IMG/VR virus record: IMGVR_UViG_3300045988_169069
Direction: 5' to 3' (one strand)
Length of the DNA stretch: 53,660 nt
Source of the DNA: a virus
The notes beneath the pieces were generated by a model. That model saw only the letters and a program-made list of their open reading frames with translations, did not search any database and had not been told where the DNA came from. Positions 9,195-20,161 of this stretch are shown here, piece by piece; the first letter of the stretch is position 1; the number at the start of each line of letters is the position of its first letter. The position numbers and the translations under genes were made by a program.

Positions 9195-10631
9195 ATGGCA
9201 TACTTAAACGTATTCATAAACAATTCAAATAAGAATCCGATTAATGTAAACAGAGATACAAAACCTGTTCCTACTAGACCGGGCATAGACAAATGGGTGA
9301 AAGAACACATGGTGTTTTGGTATGATATGTCAAAGCCTGTGGATGTTTATGCGGAAAACTTTAATGATTGGACGAAATATCCCGTAAATGCCGATGTGGC
9401 TATAACAAGTACGACTTTCACTATAACAAGATTTGTAGCGGAAAATGATGTTGTTAAATGTTATATTCCTAGCAAAACAAAAAAATTCCCAGGAATGAAA
9501 GTGGAAGTGAAAGGTATAGTTGACGGGCAGGAATTATACTGGGGATATAGTGCTGATATTAAATTAGTGAATATCACATCAGACGGAACCTATGATATTC
9601 CGCCATTGGAAACTGTAAAAGGTAATCTGTCATTCAGAAACGGCAATATTGTTGGTGCTTGTAATATCACTATCACCCAGCTACCGTCAGGACAATCTGT
9701 TCCCACAAACGAAATACTAAAAGCCAATCCATACTTGCAGGATTTCAGTGGAAACAACAGACCGCTGAAACTTAACAATTTCCTGTTCGCGGCAATGAGC
9801 GGTGTGGGTGGGTATGATATTTCTAGTACCTATATTCTACCCGATAGAGCAAATGTTACTGTTACAGATAACAGAATTATTCATATTACTAAAAAACTAT
9901 CCACTACAGATAACATGGTAAACATAGTTCCGGCAAACTCTAACCCAACGCATAAGTTTAAGGTTACAGGTCTTTCTGATGGCAGACAAGTTAGTTTGGT
10001 AAACAGAAATGGCGGATTTTATACTTTTGACAACGGGGAACATGAGGTGACATTAACCTATCCCGAAGGAACCACTTCATTGTATAACGCCATAGGAGTT
10101 ACAGGGGGTATAGGAGATATGGACGTAACAATAGAGTTCCTGCCTAAATATCCCAACGCCCTAATAACAGATGGAGTGGATGATTACGGTGTTGTGGAGA
10201 ACTTGCAGCAGGGCGTGAAGGCATTGTTTTATACTTGTAACCCGTTCTCATTGAACAAAATATTTTATGACCAAAAAAAAACCGCTTCCGCAACTGAAGC
10301 ATTCTTTAGTATATATAATTCAAACAGTAAAATCGCTTACAATGACAGGAATACAGGTGGTGTTACATATATAGACGGAACTATTAATAATTTATTGTTA
10401 GCCAGTAATTTGTTGAATGTAAAGCATACAATAACCATAGTAAATGATGGCGCAACTGAAAGCAATACGATATCACCCATATATTTCAGTAGAAATCAAC
10501 GTGATAGTTATTTCGCAAACCTGGCTTTCTACAACTCCATAGGATTCGATTCAGTTCCCGCCAAAGAAACCGACGGATTCACAGAACAGGAATTGATTGA
10601 TTATGTACTTGAAAATATAATAACACAATGA
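9195..10631 (+). CDS. Structural/accessory protein with C-terminal LamG-like (concanavalin-type) domain
   Basis: 478 aa. ALITDGVDDYGVVENL resembles the LamG/Laminin_G_3 signature (xDGvdDYvxv). Lies after the capsid terminator and has noticeably more CCC/CCG/GGG codons than its neighbours. Confidence 0.5.
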   Translation: MAYLNVFINNSNKNPINVNRDTKPVPTRPGIDKWVKEHMVFWYDMSKPVDVYAENFNDWTKYPVNADVAITSTTFTITRFVAENDVVKCYIPSKTKKFPGMKVEVKGIVDGQELYWGYSADIKLVNITSDGTYDIPPLETVKGNLSFRNGNIVGACNITITQLPSGQSVPTNEILKANPYLQDFSGNNRPLKLNNFLFAAMSGVGGYDISSTYILPDRANVTVTDNRIIHITKKLSTTDNMVNIVPANSNPTHKFKVTGLSDGRQVSLVNRNGGFYTFDNGEHEVTLTYPEGTTSLYNAIGVTGGIGDMDVTIEFLPKYPNALITDGVDDYGVVENLQQGVKALFYTCNPFSLNKIFYDQKKTASATEAFFSIYNSNSKIAYNDRNTGGVTYIDGTINNLLLASNLLNVKHTITIVNDGATESNTISPIYFSRNQRDSYFANLAFYNSIGFDSVPAKETDGFTEQELIDYVLENIITQ

Positions 10632-10843
10632 GATACGTTATAGTAACAATAGAATGGTGTACGGAACACGGGATAGTTCCACCCGTTCACGCAAGAAGAA
10701 GTGTCGATGGAACAATGGTTCTGTTGCACGAGGATTTTATTGCACCTGTATTGGGAGAAGAAGGTATACCTTCATATCTATACGATAGCGAAGAGCTACA
10801 AGCTATTTTACAAAGTTTATTCACTGTAGAAGAACAAGAATAA
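10628..10843 (+). CDS. Small hypothetical protein
   Basis: 71-aa ORF with an ATGA overlap to the upstream gene. Confidence 0.55.
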   Translation: MRYVIVTIEWCTEHGIVPPVHARRSVDGTMVLLHEDFIAPVLGEEGIPSYLYDSEELQAILQSLFTVEEQE

Positions 10844-10845
10844 CC

Positions 10846-12144
10846 ATGGTAAGAGCAAATGATATACAAGAAAAATTATTGCATCTCATAGGATGGGAGC
10901 AAAATTATGATACGCAAGAACTTAAAATAGCTGACACTCTAACTGTAAGTGAAAGTGGCCTCTATTTTCAGCAAGTACATCCATTGCTAACTTTACAGAG
11001 TATTTCTAGTATAGCACCGGATTTCAAAAACATTGTGTATAGTGAATATAGCAATGAAAAACATTATGACAAAGGTAGCATCGTGAAATATGATGGAAAC
11101 TTGTACAAATCATTGCAACAGACCACAGGAAATCTGCCGACTGACCAAGAATTTTGGAGTGAAACAAACCCGCTTTCTGAATGGCTCGAAGGCAAAACGA
11201 AAGCTAGCATACAAAAAGCTATCGTTAGATATTGTAATGAGAAAATTGCAAAAGGAACATACAGAACATTGTGTGAAAACAGAACATTGTTTGATGGAAC
11301 TGGAAGACTAACTGACATTATTGCAAATAAAAATAATTTGGTAGGTTTTGAAATAGTTCCAATCAGGTCAAAAGGTGTTACTACTAGAATAAACAGAATC
11401 GGAATACAAACAGATGGAGTAGGTGAAATTAAGCTGTTCTTGTATCATTCATCTACTGAATTGCCAGTCAAGGTAATTACAGTAAATAAAACAAGTAAAG
11501 GCTTCCAATGGTTTGTAATACCTGACTTATATCTTCCATATGAATCTGAAGAAACTGAATCTGGGGGCAGTTGGTACTTAATGTACGAGCAATCTAAGTT
11601 AGGTAATATGCATGCTATAAGAAAAGATAAAGACTGGTCAAAAGAACCATGTAACAGCTGCTCAAGACGTGAAATGCAAGCATGGATGGCATGGTCTAAA
11701 TATCTGGAGATTCATCCTTTCAAAATCAGTGAAGAGTCGCTACAATATGAAGAAGATAAGCCACTACTTTGGGATATTGAGAATAACATGTATACATACG
11801 ATAATAACTATGGACTTAACCTAGATGTGTCTGTCAATTGCGATATAACAGATTTCATAATAGAACAAAGAATGCTATTCCAAGATGTAATTGCTAAGCA
11901 AGTAGCTGTTGATATGTTGAGAGAATTTGCATACAATCCAAACGTGAGAACAAACAGACATTCTATAAATGCTTCTAGAGTTGATATACTGTATGAAATT
12001 GATGGTGATTCATCATCAATGAAAAAATCAGGACTTAGCTATCAACTTGATTTGTCTTTCAAAGCTATCGAACTGAGCACTGAAGGAATAGACAGAGTAT
12101 GCTTGCCATGTAAAAATAATGGAATAAGATATTTAACAGTATGA
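10846..12144 (+). CDS. Hypothetical structural protein (neck/tail module) with short carbohydrate-binding-like motif
   Basis: 432 aa. KYDGNLYKSLQQTTGNLPTDQEFW resembles CBM5/12-type aromatic motifs. Position is between the capsid and tail genes. Confidence 0.5.
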   Translation: MVRANDIQEKLLHLIGWEQNYDTQELKIADTLTVSESGLYFQQVHPLLTLQSISSIAPDFKNIVYSEYSNEKHYDKGSIVKYDGNLYKSLQQTTGNLPTDQEFWSETNPLSEWLEGKTKASIQKAIVRYCNEKIAKGTYRTLCENRTLFDGTGRLTDIIANKNNLVGFEIVPIRSKGVTTRINRIGIQTDGVGEIKLFLYHSSTELPVKVITVNKTSKGFQWFVIPDLYLPYESEETESGGSWYLMYEQSKLGNMHAIRKDKDWSKEPCNSCSRREMQAWMAWSKYLEIHPFKISEESLQYEEDKPLLWDIENNMYTYDNNYGLNLDVSVNCDITDFIIEQRMLFQDVIAKQVAVDMLREFAYNPNVRTNRHSINASRVDILYEIDGDSSSMKKSGLSYQLDLSFKAIELSTEGIDRVCLPCKNNGIRYLTV

Positions 12145-12581
12145 ACCAAATTGAAGAGTTAATCGCAAAAATCATTGAGTTGAGAGATAACATAAATGAT
12201 TATATTCGTCTTGAAGTTATTGAAGATGAAGCCTTCATTTGCGATATGAACTCTGAAAACCAGTTGTTTGAGAAAGGCATTACAAGAGAAGGCATAAAGA
12301 TTAACAGTTATGCACCTTACTCTAAAAATACGATAGCTGTTAAAATCACAAAAGGGCAACCAACAAATAGAGTAACATTGAGAGATACTGGAGAATTCCA
12401 CGCATCGTTTGTAGTATATGCCGATGATACAAAATTCTTCATTGATGCAAAAGATTGGAAGACAAACAAATTAGGAGAAAAATACGGTGAAGAGATATTT
12501 GGCCTTACTGATGAAAATATAAATGAGCTTATTTGGGAATACATATATCCAGCATTAATGAATAAAGTCAGAAATCTATGA
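12141..12581 (+). CDS. Hypothetical head-tail/tail protein
   Basis: 146-aa ORF with 4-nt overlaps on both sides (translational coupling). Confidence 0.55.
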   Translation: MNQIEELIAKIIELRDNINDYIRLEVIEDEAFICDMNSENQLFEKGITREGIKINSYAPYSKNTIAVKITKGQPTNRVTLRDTGEFHASFVVYADDTKFFIDAKDWKTNKLGEKYGEEIFGLTDENINELIWEYIYPALMNKVRNL

Positions 12582-13213
12582 AAGAGAGCAGTGTACAAAT
12601 AAGATATAAAGATGAGCCTGTATTATTAGATAAAATCATACAGGATATGCAAAGAGCATTCACTGAAAAGTTGAAATGGCTCAATTACGCTTTTGGCCGT
12701 GCTTATAAACTCATTGAGCATCGTCCGGATGGTAATAAGTTCGTATATCCAGCGATATATAATGGAAATGGCGAATACGTATCACTTCTTCCAAATGATA
12801 ACTTTGGCAACTTCTCATGGTTTGATATATATGACCCTCAAGAAATAACTGAAGTCGTGCAATCATTACCGCAGTACGCATTTAGCGGGGCTGTTGTATT
12901 TTGGTATGATTTATGCAGTATCTATGATGACGAGACTGTATTACATACTGAAGAAGTGAAAGATGAAATCATAAGACTATTGACTACACCAGGTATCATA
13001 AATACTACTGGTAGATTGACTATAAACAAAATATATGAAAGATTCGAAAATATATACAAAGGTTATTCTATAGAAAAAATATACAATAACTATGTATATA
13101 AAGGAGAAGGTATACAAGATATTGATAAACAATTCTTTATGTACCCGTATGCAGGATTAAGGATAGAATTTTCACTAACAACTAGAGAATTATGCCAACG
13201 CTTTATCAAGTAG
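12578..13213 (+). CDS. Hypothetical tail-module protein
   Basis: 211-aa ORF in a coupled chain upstream of the tape measure gene. Confidence 0.55.
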   Translation: MKESSVQIRYKDEPVLLDKIIQDMQRAFTEKLKWLNYAFGRAYKLIEHRPDGNKFVYPAIYNGNGEYVSLLPNDNFGNFSWFDIYDPQEITEVVQSLPQYAFSGAVVFWYDLCSIYDDETVLHTEEVKDEIIRLLTTPGIINTTGRLTINKIYERFENIYKGYSIEKIYNNYVYKGEGIQDIDKQFFMYPYAGLRIEFSLTTRELCQRFIK

Positions 13214-13455
13214 TAGTAGTTGCTTTATTAGCAACATTCATAATCTTGTTTTTAGAAAAAACAGGGTTAAAAGACAAAATGACAGACTATTTTGATGTCA
13301 AACTCCCAATTATTGGAGAAATGCTAAGATGCGACTTTTGTCTAAGTTTTTGGACTGCGATGACTTTGTCTATGATTGCATTGATAATTACATTCGATGT
13401 ATCATTACTTTGCATTCCGTTATTATCAACACCGATTACTAGATATTTGCTATGA
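13192..13455 (+). CDS. Small membrane protein (two or three predicted TM segments)
   Basis: 87 aa. Hydrophobic stretches VVVVALLATFIILFL and FWTAMTLSMIALIITFDVSLLCIPLL. Confidence 0.5.
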   Translation: MPTLYQVVVVALLATFIILFLEKTGLKDKMTDYFDVKLPIIGEMLRCDFCLSFWTAMTLSMIALIITFDVSLLCIPLLSTPITRYLL

Positions 13456-14213
13456 AAAGATTACTCATAAAAAATAAAGTCGTAAGAGTATATGACAGCA
13501 TAGATGAGCTGCCAATAGTTAATTTTCAGAAATATAACAAGTATATACTCATAGATTCTGGGATAGGCTCAGATGTTGACGATATTGATAAACATATCGT
13601 AAAAATTGCAAAGCTCATGAAGCAAGATACTAAAAAAGCAATGCAAGAACTACAAAATATGCGTCAGAACATGTTTATGGTAGTCAATCAAGTATCTCCA
13701 AAATATTTAGCTTTTGCAGCTTTAATACATGACATAGATGGCAAAAAAGTAACTGATTTATCAGACGAAAATCTAAAAAATATTCTTGAAAATATTCAAC
13801 ATGTAAAACATTCATGGCTTGTTGATTTTGTCATGAGGTTTAAAAAAAAAGTAGACACTGAATTAGAGATTTATTTTCCTGGTAACTTTACAAATCCGAA
13901 GGAAAAAGAAGCTTATGACAAACTCAAGCTTAGAACCATGCTAGTGCTAGAAGGGCTAATAAATGAAAAAGACAATGCCGAAGATATTAATGCAATAGAT
14001 GAGTTCATGCTTGATTTGCATAAGCCTAAATCTTTTTCAGGCAGTACGTCAATCGAAGTAAAATATGATAAACAGTTTGAAAATGCATGCGTTCTCATAG
14101 CACAGAAGACTAGTCTAAACGCTAGAGAAATGACTGTACTTCAATTCTACAATGCTCTTGATAACATAAAGCAACAAGCAGAAAAAGAACAAAAGCGATT
14201 AAGGAAAAGATAG
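13452..14213 (+). CDS. Hypothetical protein (positional candidate tail assembly chaperone)
   Basis: 253-aa helical, charged ORF immediately upstream of the tape measure gene. No slippery frameshift site identified. Confidence 0.45.
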   Translation: MKRLLIKNKVVRVYDSIDELPIVNFQKYNKYILIDSGIGSDVDDIDKHIVKIAKLMKQDTKKAMQELQNMRQNMFMVVNQVSPKYLAFAALIHDIDGKKVTDLSDENLKNILENIQHVKHSWLVDFVMRFKKKVDTELEIYFPGNFTNPKEKEAYDKLKLRTMLVLEGLINEKDNAEDINAIDEFMLDLHKPKSFSGSTSIEVKYDKQFENACVLIAQKTSLNAREMTVLQFYNALDNIKQQAEKEQKRLRKR

Positions 14214-14359
14214 TTTCTGTATAGGGAATATAATTTATTTTAATTTCTGGCTACTTTCTTTTTATATTAAATAAATTATATTACTTTTACTCTTGAATAG
14301 TCTGGAGTAGCCCAGAATTAACTTGGAAATGAATTTAACTTATATAATATAAACATATT

Positions 14360-17300
14360 ATGCCAGGTTCAAACCCGATATATTATAAAGACTTAGTTTC
14401 TCCTGATGATTCTATTGAAAGACTAATCAAGGAGTTGAATCAGCTTAAAAGTACGTATTCTGACATACTGGATTTGGTTAAGAAAGGCGCAGCAGAGATA
14501 CAAGAATCTCTTAAGACAGCTAGTGGAGCCAATGAATCAAGTAGAGAAACAATTAAGAAAGCCGCTAGTGATGCTTCTAGACTTGAAAAAGCAGAAAGAG
14601 AGTTAGCGTTTGCAATGTCAGAAACCGGAGTGAGAGTTCAAGAGCTAAAAGTATTAACTCAGCAAGTAAACAAAGAGAATCGTGATGCTGTAAAATTTGT
14701 ACAATCAGCATCAGATTCTTACAATAGGATGGATGCTGAATTAAGACTTGTTACGCAGCAACTGAGAGATCTTAACCAGCAAGAAGCGCTGAATTCAAAA
14801 GAAGGAGCTAAGCTGATTAACAGAATTCTTGAATTGAAAGACAGTATGCAGCAATATGACAATGCTGTTAAATTAAGAATACAATCACAAATAAGATATA
14901 ATAAAGAAGTACAATCAGCTAATTCTTCAGAAGAAGCAAGAAAGTCTATACTTTCACAATTGGCACAAGCAGAAGAAAAGCTTGCGTTTGCTAGGTCAAA
15001 AGAAAATGAGCAGCTTAAGTTATATTCAACTCAGATACGCGAGGCAAACGAAATAGCTAAACTCAATGTAACAATTGCTAATTCTGCTGAAGGTTCTTAT
15101 AATAGATTATCAGCTCAGTATTCATTGAACAAAATAAAGCTTAATCAGATGTCTGCTGAAGAGAGAAGTGCAACTGAAGCTGGAAAAGCTTTAGAGCAAC
15201 AGACATACGAGATATACCAACAGATGATTAAGCTACAAGAAGCTACAGGTAAGCACAATTTATCAGTCGGTAATTACAAAAAATCTTGGGATGGACTTGG
15301 CATGTCAGTCGGTCAAATTGTACGTGAACTTCCGGCAGCTGCTGTGTCATTGAATACATTCTTTTTAGGTATATCTAACAACGTTCCTATACTGGTCGAC
15401 GAGATTCAAAGGCTGAGAGCGCAAAATAAGCAATTCATAGCAGAAGGAAAACAGACTGTAAGTGTAACCGGTTCAATAGTAAAGTCACTATTTAGCTGGA
15501 ATACTGCTTTAGTTGTAATTCTTACGGTGTTTTCAATGTATGGAAAAGAAATAATAGATTGGGTACGTAATTTATTCAAAGCAGAAAAAGGAGTTGAGTC
15601 ATTAAATACTAAACTCACAACTTTGCATGAAGAATTTACAAAAAATGGTGTAAGTTCTCTAGCAAAAAACATTGTAAAGCTAAAATCATTACAACAAGAA
15701 TGGAACAGGTTAACAACTAAAAAAGAACAGCTACAGTGGATAAATGATAATAAGACTGCATTCGACCAATTAGACATATCTATAAACAATGTGTCTGACG
15801 CTGAAAATGTATTTGTCAATAACACACAAGCAGTAATTGAAGCATTTAAGCAGAGAGCTAAAGCAGCTGCAGCTAACAGAATAGCTGAGAAAAAGTTTGA
15901 AGAAGTACTAATTAAGCGTGAAGAAGCGGCTTTAAAACGTAAAAAAGCAGAACAGATTGAAAAAGCAGGTGGCTCAACTGCAGCATATTCATCGAGTGTA
16001 ACAGGAGCAGTAAGCTATCAATCTGGAACAACTGAACTGTTTTTCAGAAAGCAAGCAGACGCAGCAGATGAACTTGCTGATAAGCTGGAAAAGAATATAG
16101 ATTTTTATTTTGAAACTGCTGAAGCAGCAAACAAAGCAGCAGATGAAATATTAAAAGCTGCTGGAGTAGATTCAGCGCATAAAAAACAGAAAAAGCAAAA
16201 AGAGCCAAGAAGAAAGCGTGATGCAACTGATATACTTAATAGAAATGAGCTCAATGCTAATAAGAAGTATCAAGAAAGCTTATCAAGGCTTGAACAGGAC
16301 GAGTTTGCAAAGAGACGCAAAGAAGCAATAGAGACTTACAACTCTAATACTGCTGCTTTGAATAATATGTATGATAAAAACAAGCGTATTCTTGAAAATC
16401 AAGATAAGCTATATAAAAATTTATCTGATGACCAGAAAAAGCAAGTAGAAGAGACGCAAATAACGATTGTAAATACAATACAAAAATATCAAGAAGAATT
16501 AAATCAGGAACTGGAATTTATCGAAAAAGACAGACAGATAAATGAATTGAAGCTGTTACAAGAAACAATTGATTTGAGATTGAAAGCTGTCAAAGAAGGT
16601 TCCGAAGAAGAGATAAATTTAAAATTAGCTGCTATACAAGCAGAGCAGCAGATTGCTTTGTTACAAAATGCTAAATTACCAAAAGCGCAACGAAAAAGTG
16701 AAGCTGATATAAAAGCAGGCTTTTCTAAACAAGGCGTAAGTACAATAGCTGAGTATGATATCAGTGCATTTGACCAGCAACAGGCTTTAGAAGAGGCTAG
16801 GTTCAATGTAGTTAAACATACAGAAAACCAGATTACGAAGTTTAAGCTAGAGCAAGAAAAAGAAAGATGGCTGGAACAAATTGCACAAGCAGAGGCTGGT
16901 TCATTGGATTGGAGTCAAACTCAGATTGAAACTGCAAAAGAAACTGTAAAAGGTATTAATAGAGAGTTATCAGAAATTGATGATGTTTTACTTAATATAG
17001 GTAAAAATGGGCTTGGATATACATTGCTTGAATCATTTGGCTTTAATGATGACCAAATTGATGCATTTACTGAAGCAACTGATATAGTAATAAGTCAATT
17101 GCAAAGTATAATGCAAGCTGAAGTAGACTTAGCTCAAGCAGCATTAGAATCAGCAAATAGCAGAGCAGAAGCAGCTCAAACAGCCCTGGATGCTGAAGTT
17201 GAAGCTAGAAATTTAGGTTATGCTAGTTCAGTAATATCTGCTAGAAAAGAGCTTGAACAGGCTAAAAAGCAGCAAAGAGAGAAACAAAGGCTGTTAGAAG

Positions 17301-17905
17301 AAGCACAACGTAATCAACAGCAGATTGACACTCTTACGCAGACATCAAGTTTGATAACAGCTTCCGCTAATATTTGGAGTTCTCTATCTAAGATTCCAAT
17401 TGTAGGCCCTGCATTGGCGATAGCTGCAATTGGTACAATGTGGACTTCGTTTGCTGTTGCTAAAGTGAAAGCAAAACAAGTTACAGCATCTCAATCAGAA
17501 GAATACGGAGAAGGAGGATATGAAGTATTAGAAGGAGGCTCGCACGCATCTGGAAATGATATTGATTTGGGCATTACAAACAAGCGCAAAAAGAGAATGA
17601 AAGCAGAAGGCGGAGAGGCAATAGCTATAATCAATAAAAGAAGTACTCGTAAATATTCTAAGATTATTCCTGATGTTATAGAATCATTGAATAAAGGAGT
17701 ATTTGAAGATAAATATGCAAACGCTTTCTCAGATTCAGACAAGATAATAATGATGCAAAAAGAAAGCACAAATATTATTGATTTGTCTACTACAGAAAAT
17801 GAACTTAGAGCAATAAGAAAACAAGGAGAGATTAAATATTTCCAAGGGCCTGATGGTTCTATAATTGAAATTAAAGGTAATGTAAAACGTGTAATAAAAG
17901 AATAG
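14360..17905 (+). CDS. Tail tape measure protein
   Basis: 1181 aa with very long coiled-coil content and internal hydrophobic segments (TALVVILTVFSMYG, IVGPALAIAAIGTMWTSFAVA). Position is upstream of the distal-tail genes. Confidence 0.85.
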   Translation: MPGSNPIYYKDLVSPDDSIERLIKELNQLKSTYSDILDLVKKGAAEIQESLKTASGANESSRETIKKAASDASRLEKAERELAFAMSETGVRVQELKVLTQQVNKENRDAVKFVQSASDSYNRMDAELRLVTQQLRDLNQQEALNSKEGAKLINRILELKDSMQQYDNAVKLRIQSQIRYNKEVQSANSSEEARKSILSQLAQAEEKLAFARSKENEQLKLYSTQIREANEIAKLNVTIANSAEGSYNRLSAQYSLNKIKLNQMSAEERSATEAGKALEQQTYEIYQQMIKLQEATGKHNLSVGNYKKSWDGLGMSVGQIVRELPAAAVSLNTFFLGISNNVPILVDEIQRLRAQNKQFIAEGKQTVSVTGSIVKSLFSWNTALVVILTVFSMYGKEIIDWVRNLFKAEKGVESLNTKLTTLHEEFTKNGVSSLAKNIVKLKSLQQEWNRLTTKKEQLQWINDNKTAFDQLDISINNVSDAENVFVNNTQAVIEAFKQRAKAAAANRIAEKKFEEVLIKREEAALKRKKAEQIEKAGGSTAAYSSSVTGAVSYQSGTTELFFRKQADAADELADKLEKNIDFYFETAEAANKAADEILKAAGVDSAHKKQKKQKEPRRKRDATDILNRNELNANKKYQESLSRLEQDEFAKRRKEAIETYNSNTAALNNMYDKNKRILENQDKLYKNLSDDQKKQVEETQITIVNTIQKYQEELNQELEFIEKDRQINELKLLQETIDLRLKAVKEGSEEEINLKLAAIQAEQQIALLQNAKLPKAQRKSEADIKAGFSKQGVSTIAEYDISAFDQQQALEEARFNVVKHTENQITKFKLEQEKERWLEQIAQAEAGSLDWSQTQIETAKETVKGINRELSEIDDVLLNIGKNGLGYTLLESFGFNDDQIDAFTEATDIVISQLQSIMQAEVDLAQAALESANSRAEAAQTALDAEVEARNLGYASSVISARKELEQAKKQQREKQRLLEEAQRNQQQIDTLTQTSSLITASANIWSSLSKIPIVGPALAIAAIGTMWTSFAVAKVKAKQVTASQSEEYGEGGYEVLEGGSHASGNDIDLGITNKRKKRMKAEGGEAIAIINKRSTRKYSKIIPDVIESLNKGVFEDKYANAFSDSDKIIMMQKESTNIIDLSTTENELRAIRKQGEIKYFQGPDGSIIEIKGNVKRVIKE

Positions 17906-17906
17906 T

Positions 17907-20087
17907 ATGCAACCTCAAGTATATGAATTTTATGTGAATAATACACGAGTATATCCACATTATAAACAGCTCAAGAAAAAATACGCGTTAGAATCAGGCC
18001 AAAGATTTTTTCGTGAAACTCTTGATGGCAAAATATCTTTGTTTGGTTTTGATTACAAGATTATAAAAGACGCATCTATAAATAAGAAGCATACTTTTAA
18101 AATATATACGTATATAAACAATGTACGTACTCTGTATTTTGAAGGTGAATTTACAAAGACTGATTGTAAATTCTATAATGACAAAAGGCAAGTTGAATTA
18201 AGTATAAGTCCAAAAGATGGATATACTGATATACTAAATGCATATGACCACGAATATAATCTAGTTGAGTTGAAGCCCAAGTTGTCAGAAATATCAATGA
18301 ACAAAAGACCTGTGCTTCAAATATATTGTCCTGAGGATAATAAAGTTGGTAACTTTATGGGTGGAGTATATTGGGAATCTGAAGTTACAGAATCGCAAAG
18401 CAACATAGTACAGTTACAAGATAAGTTTAACTTTATACTTGATTTTGTAGGTTATGACGTGAGAGTAGATTCAGGTCAATATAAAGGTATCTATGCAGGA
18501 ATGGGCGGGCTTATAATTTCATATGATAATACTGAATTGATATTCGAATCATCAGGTGGTATAGAAATAGATATACATAACGGTAACTATGACTTCAGTA
18601 AACTTGTAATGACTGCTAAGAACAAAAATACTGGAGTAGCATTATATCGTGGTAATTTGAGCGGGTCAAGTAGATTTATAACAGCTACTCTAAATGCTAT
18701 TGTAGGCTCTGGAGCGTCTGGTACATTATCGATAAATGTTACTGTTTATTATTTCATGTCAAGATACCTATGCGCCAGTTCTAGTGGAATTGATAGTAAT
18801 GGCTCAGTATTATCTTTTAAAAATGTGCCAAGCGATGATTTCGCTGTATCAGGATTGAATTATGCATATTGTCATCCATTTAAGTTAACAGGAGAACTCG
18901 ATGTAAGTCCAAAATTATCAGTTGAACCAACAAAATATGGTAAGGCTGAAGATGGCAGATATTTTGAGCAGTCTCCTGGCAATGTACATTGGTTCCCCAT
19001 AGCTAGAAGTAGTTGGGACTATACGTCTATGTGGTTTTCTCAGTCAGATAGAACTAAGAAGTTTGATTCTTATAATATAACAAGGTATAGAATGAAAGAC
19101 GGTGTAACCATTGGTCAAGTCATAAAAGCTTTGCTCAAAAAAGTTGCTCCTAATATACAGCACGAAGAGACTGAAGAATACAGTAGATTCTTATATGGAA
19201 AGACTAACCCTATAACTGGAGATGCTTTCACAATACTAATAACGCAGAAGACCAACGTATTAAAAGGTATATATGACGAGCCTGCAACAAAGGCACCTAT
19301 CACATTTGAAAATCTCATGAATATGTTAAGAGATTGTTTTAAATGTTATTGGTACATAGAAAACGGAAAGCTTAAAATTGAGCATATTTGGTACTTTATG
19401 AATGGGCGTTCTTATGGACAAACTCAAAATGGATTGGACTTGACAAATACTGTGAACGCTATAAATAGTAAAGCGTACTCATACGGTCAAAATAATTTTG
19501 AATATGACAAGTCTGATTTATCTGGTAGATACGAGTTTGGCTGGATGGATGATTGCACAGACTTATATGATGGCTTCCCAATAAATGTTGATGCAGTTTA
19601 TGTACAAAGCGACAAAACAGAAAATATAACAATCGATAATTTTTCGTCAGATATTGATTTGATGCTTCTGACGCCTAACAGCTTTTCTGAAGATGGATTT
19701 GCTCTAATGTGTTGCGAATATTATTCTGATGTTAATTTTTACAGTTTTCCTTTTGGCGAAGTCACATTTATAGATGAAAAAGGTATAAGTTACAGTATTG
19801 AGACGCCTAACTATTATGCTACTTGGTTTTATCTTCAACAATTCTATATGTATGATATGCCAGCAACTGATATATCATATGATGGAATACAAGATGACCA
19901 TTTGCAAGTATTGCACATCAAAAAATGTATGCAGCAGCAAGTTAAATTTCCAATAAAAGCAAATGAAAATGACCCAGACTTATATCAACTGATAAAAACA
20001 GATAATGGATATGGAGAAATATCTGAGCTGTCTATAGATATTGATACAAAACAAGTCGAAGCAACGTTACTATATGAGCCAGTATAA
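17907..20087 (+). CDS. Putative distal tail / baseplate-hub protein
   Basis: 726-aa ORF starting 1 nt after the tape-measure stop. Call is positional. Confidence 0.5.
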   Translation: MQPQVYEFYVNNTRVYPHYKQLKKKYALESGQRFFRETLDGKISLFGFDYKIIKDASINKKHTFKIYTYINNVRTLYFEGEFTKTDCKFYNDKRQVELSISPKDGYTDILNAYDHEYNLVELKPKLSEISMNKRPVLQIYCPEDNKVGNFMGGVYWESEVTESQSNIVQLQDKFNFILDFVGYDVRVDSGQYKGIYAGMGGLIISYDNTELIFESSGGIEIDIHNGNYDFSKLVMTAKNKNTGVALYRGNLSGSSRFITATLNAIVGSGASGTLSINVTVYYFMSRYLCASSSGIDSNGSVLSFKNVPSDDFAVSGLNYAYCHPFKLTGELDVSPKLSVEPTKYGKAEDGRYFEQSPGNVHWFPIARSSWDYTSMWFSQSDRTKKFDSYNITRYRMKDGVTIGQVIKALLKKVAPNIQHEETEEYSRFLYGKTNPITGDAFTILITQKTNVLKGIYDEPATKAPITFENLMNMLRDCFKCYWYIENGKLKIEHIWYFMNGRSYGQTQNGLDLTNTVNAINSKAYSYGQNNFEYDKSDLSGRYEFGWMDDCTDLYDGFPINVDAVYVQSDKTENITIDNFSSDIDLMLLTPNSFSEDGFALMCCEYYSDVNFYSFPFGEVTFIDEKGISYSIETPNYYATWFYLQQFYMYDMPATDISYDGIQDDHLQVLHIKKCMQQQVKFPIKANENDPDLYQLIKTDNGYGEISELSIDIDTKQVEATLLYEPV

Positions 20088-20131
20088 GTTAAAAATAGAT
20101 AAAATTATGTTCTACTTTGGAGAAAAATTAT

Positions 20132-20139
20132 TATATTTG
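20132..20139 (+). promoter_or_regulatory. Bacteroidota-type -7 box TAtaTTTG upstream of the tail-fibre gene
   Basis: TATATTTG read directly, about 23 nt upstream of the ATG at 20162. Confidence 0.4.
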
Positions 20140-20161
20140 TAAATAAAAAATTTTATTAAGC

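Noticed and set aside
13452-14359. Programmed -1 frameshift (G/GT-type chaperone) upstream of the tape measure gene
   Set aside because: There is no overlapping downstream frame extending the 253-aa ORF and no obvious slippery heptamer. A 146-nt non-coding gap separates it from the tape measure gene.
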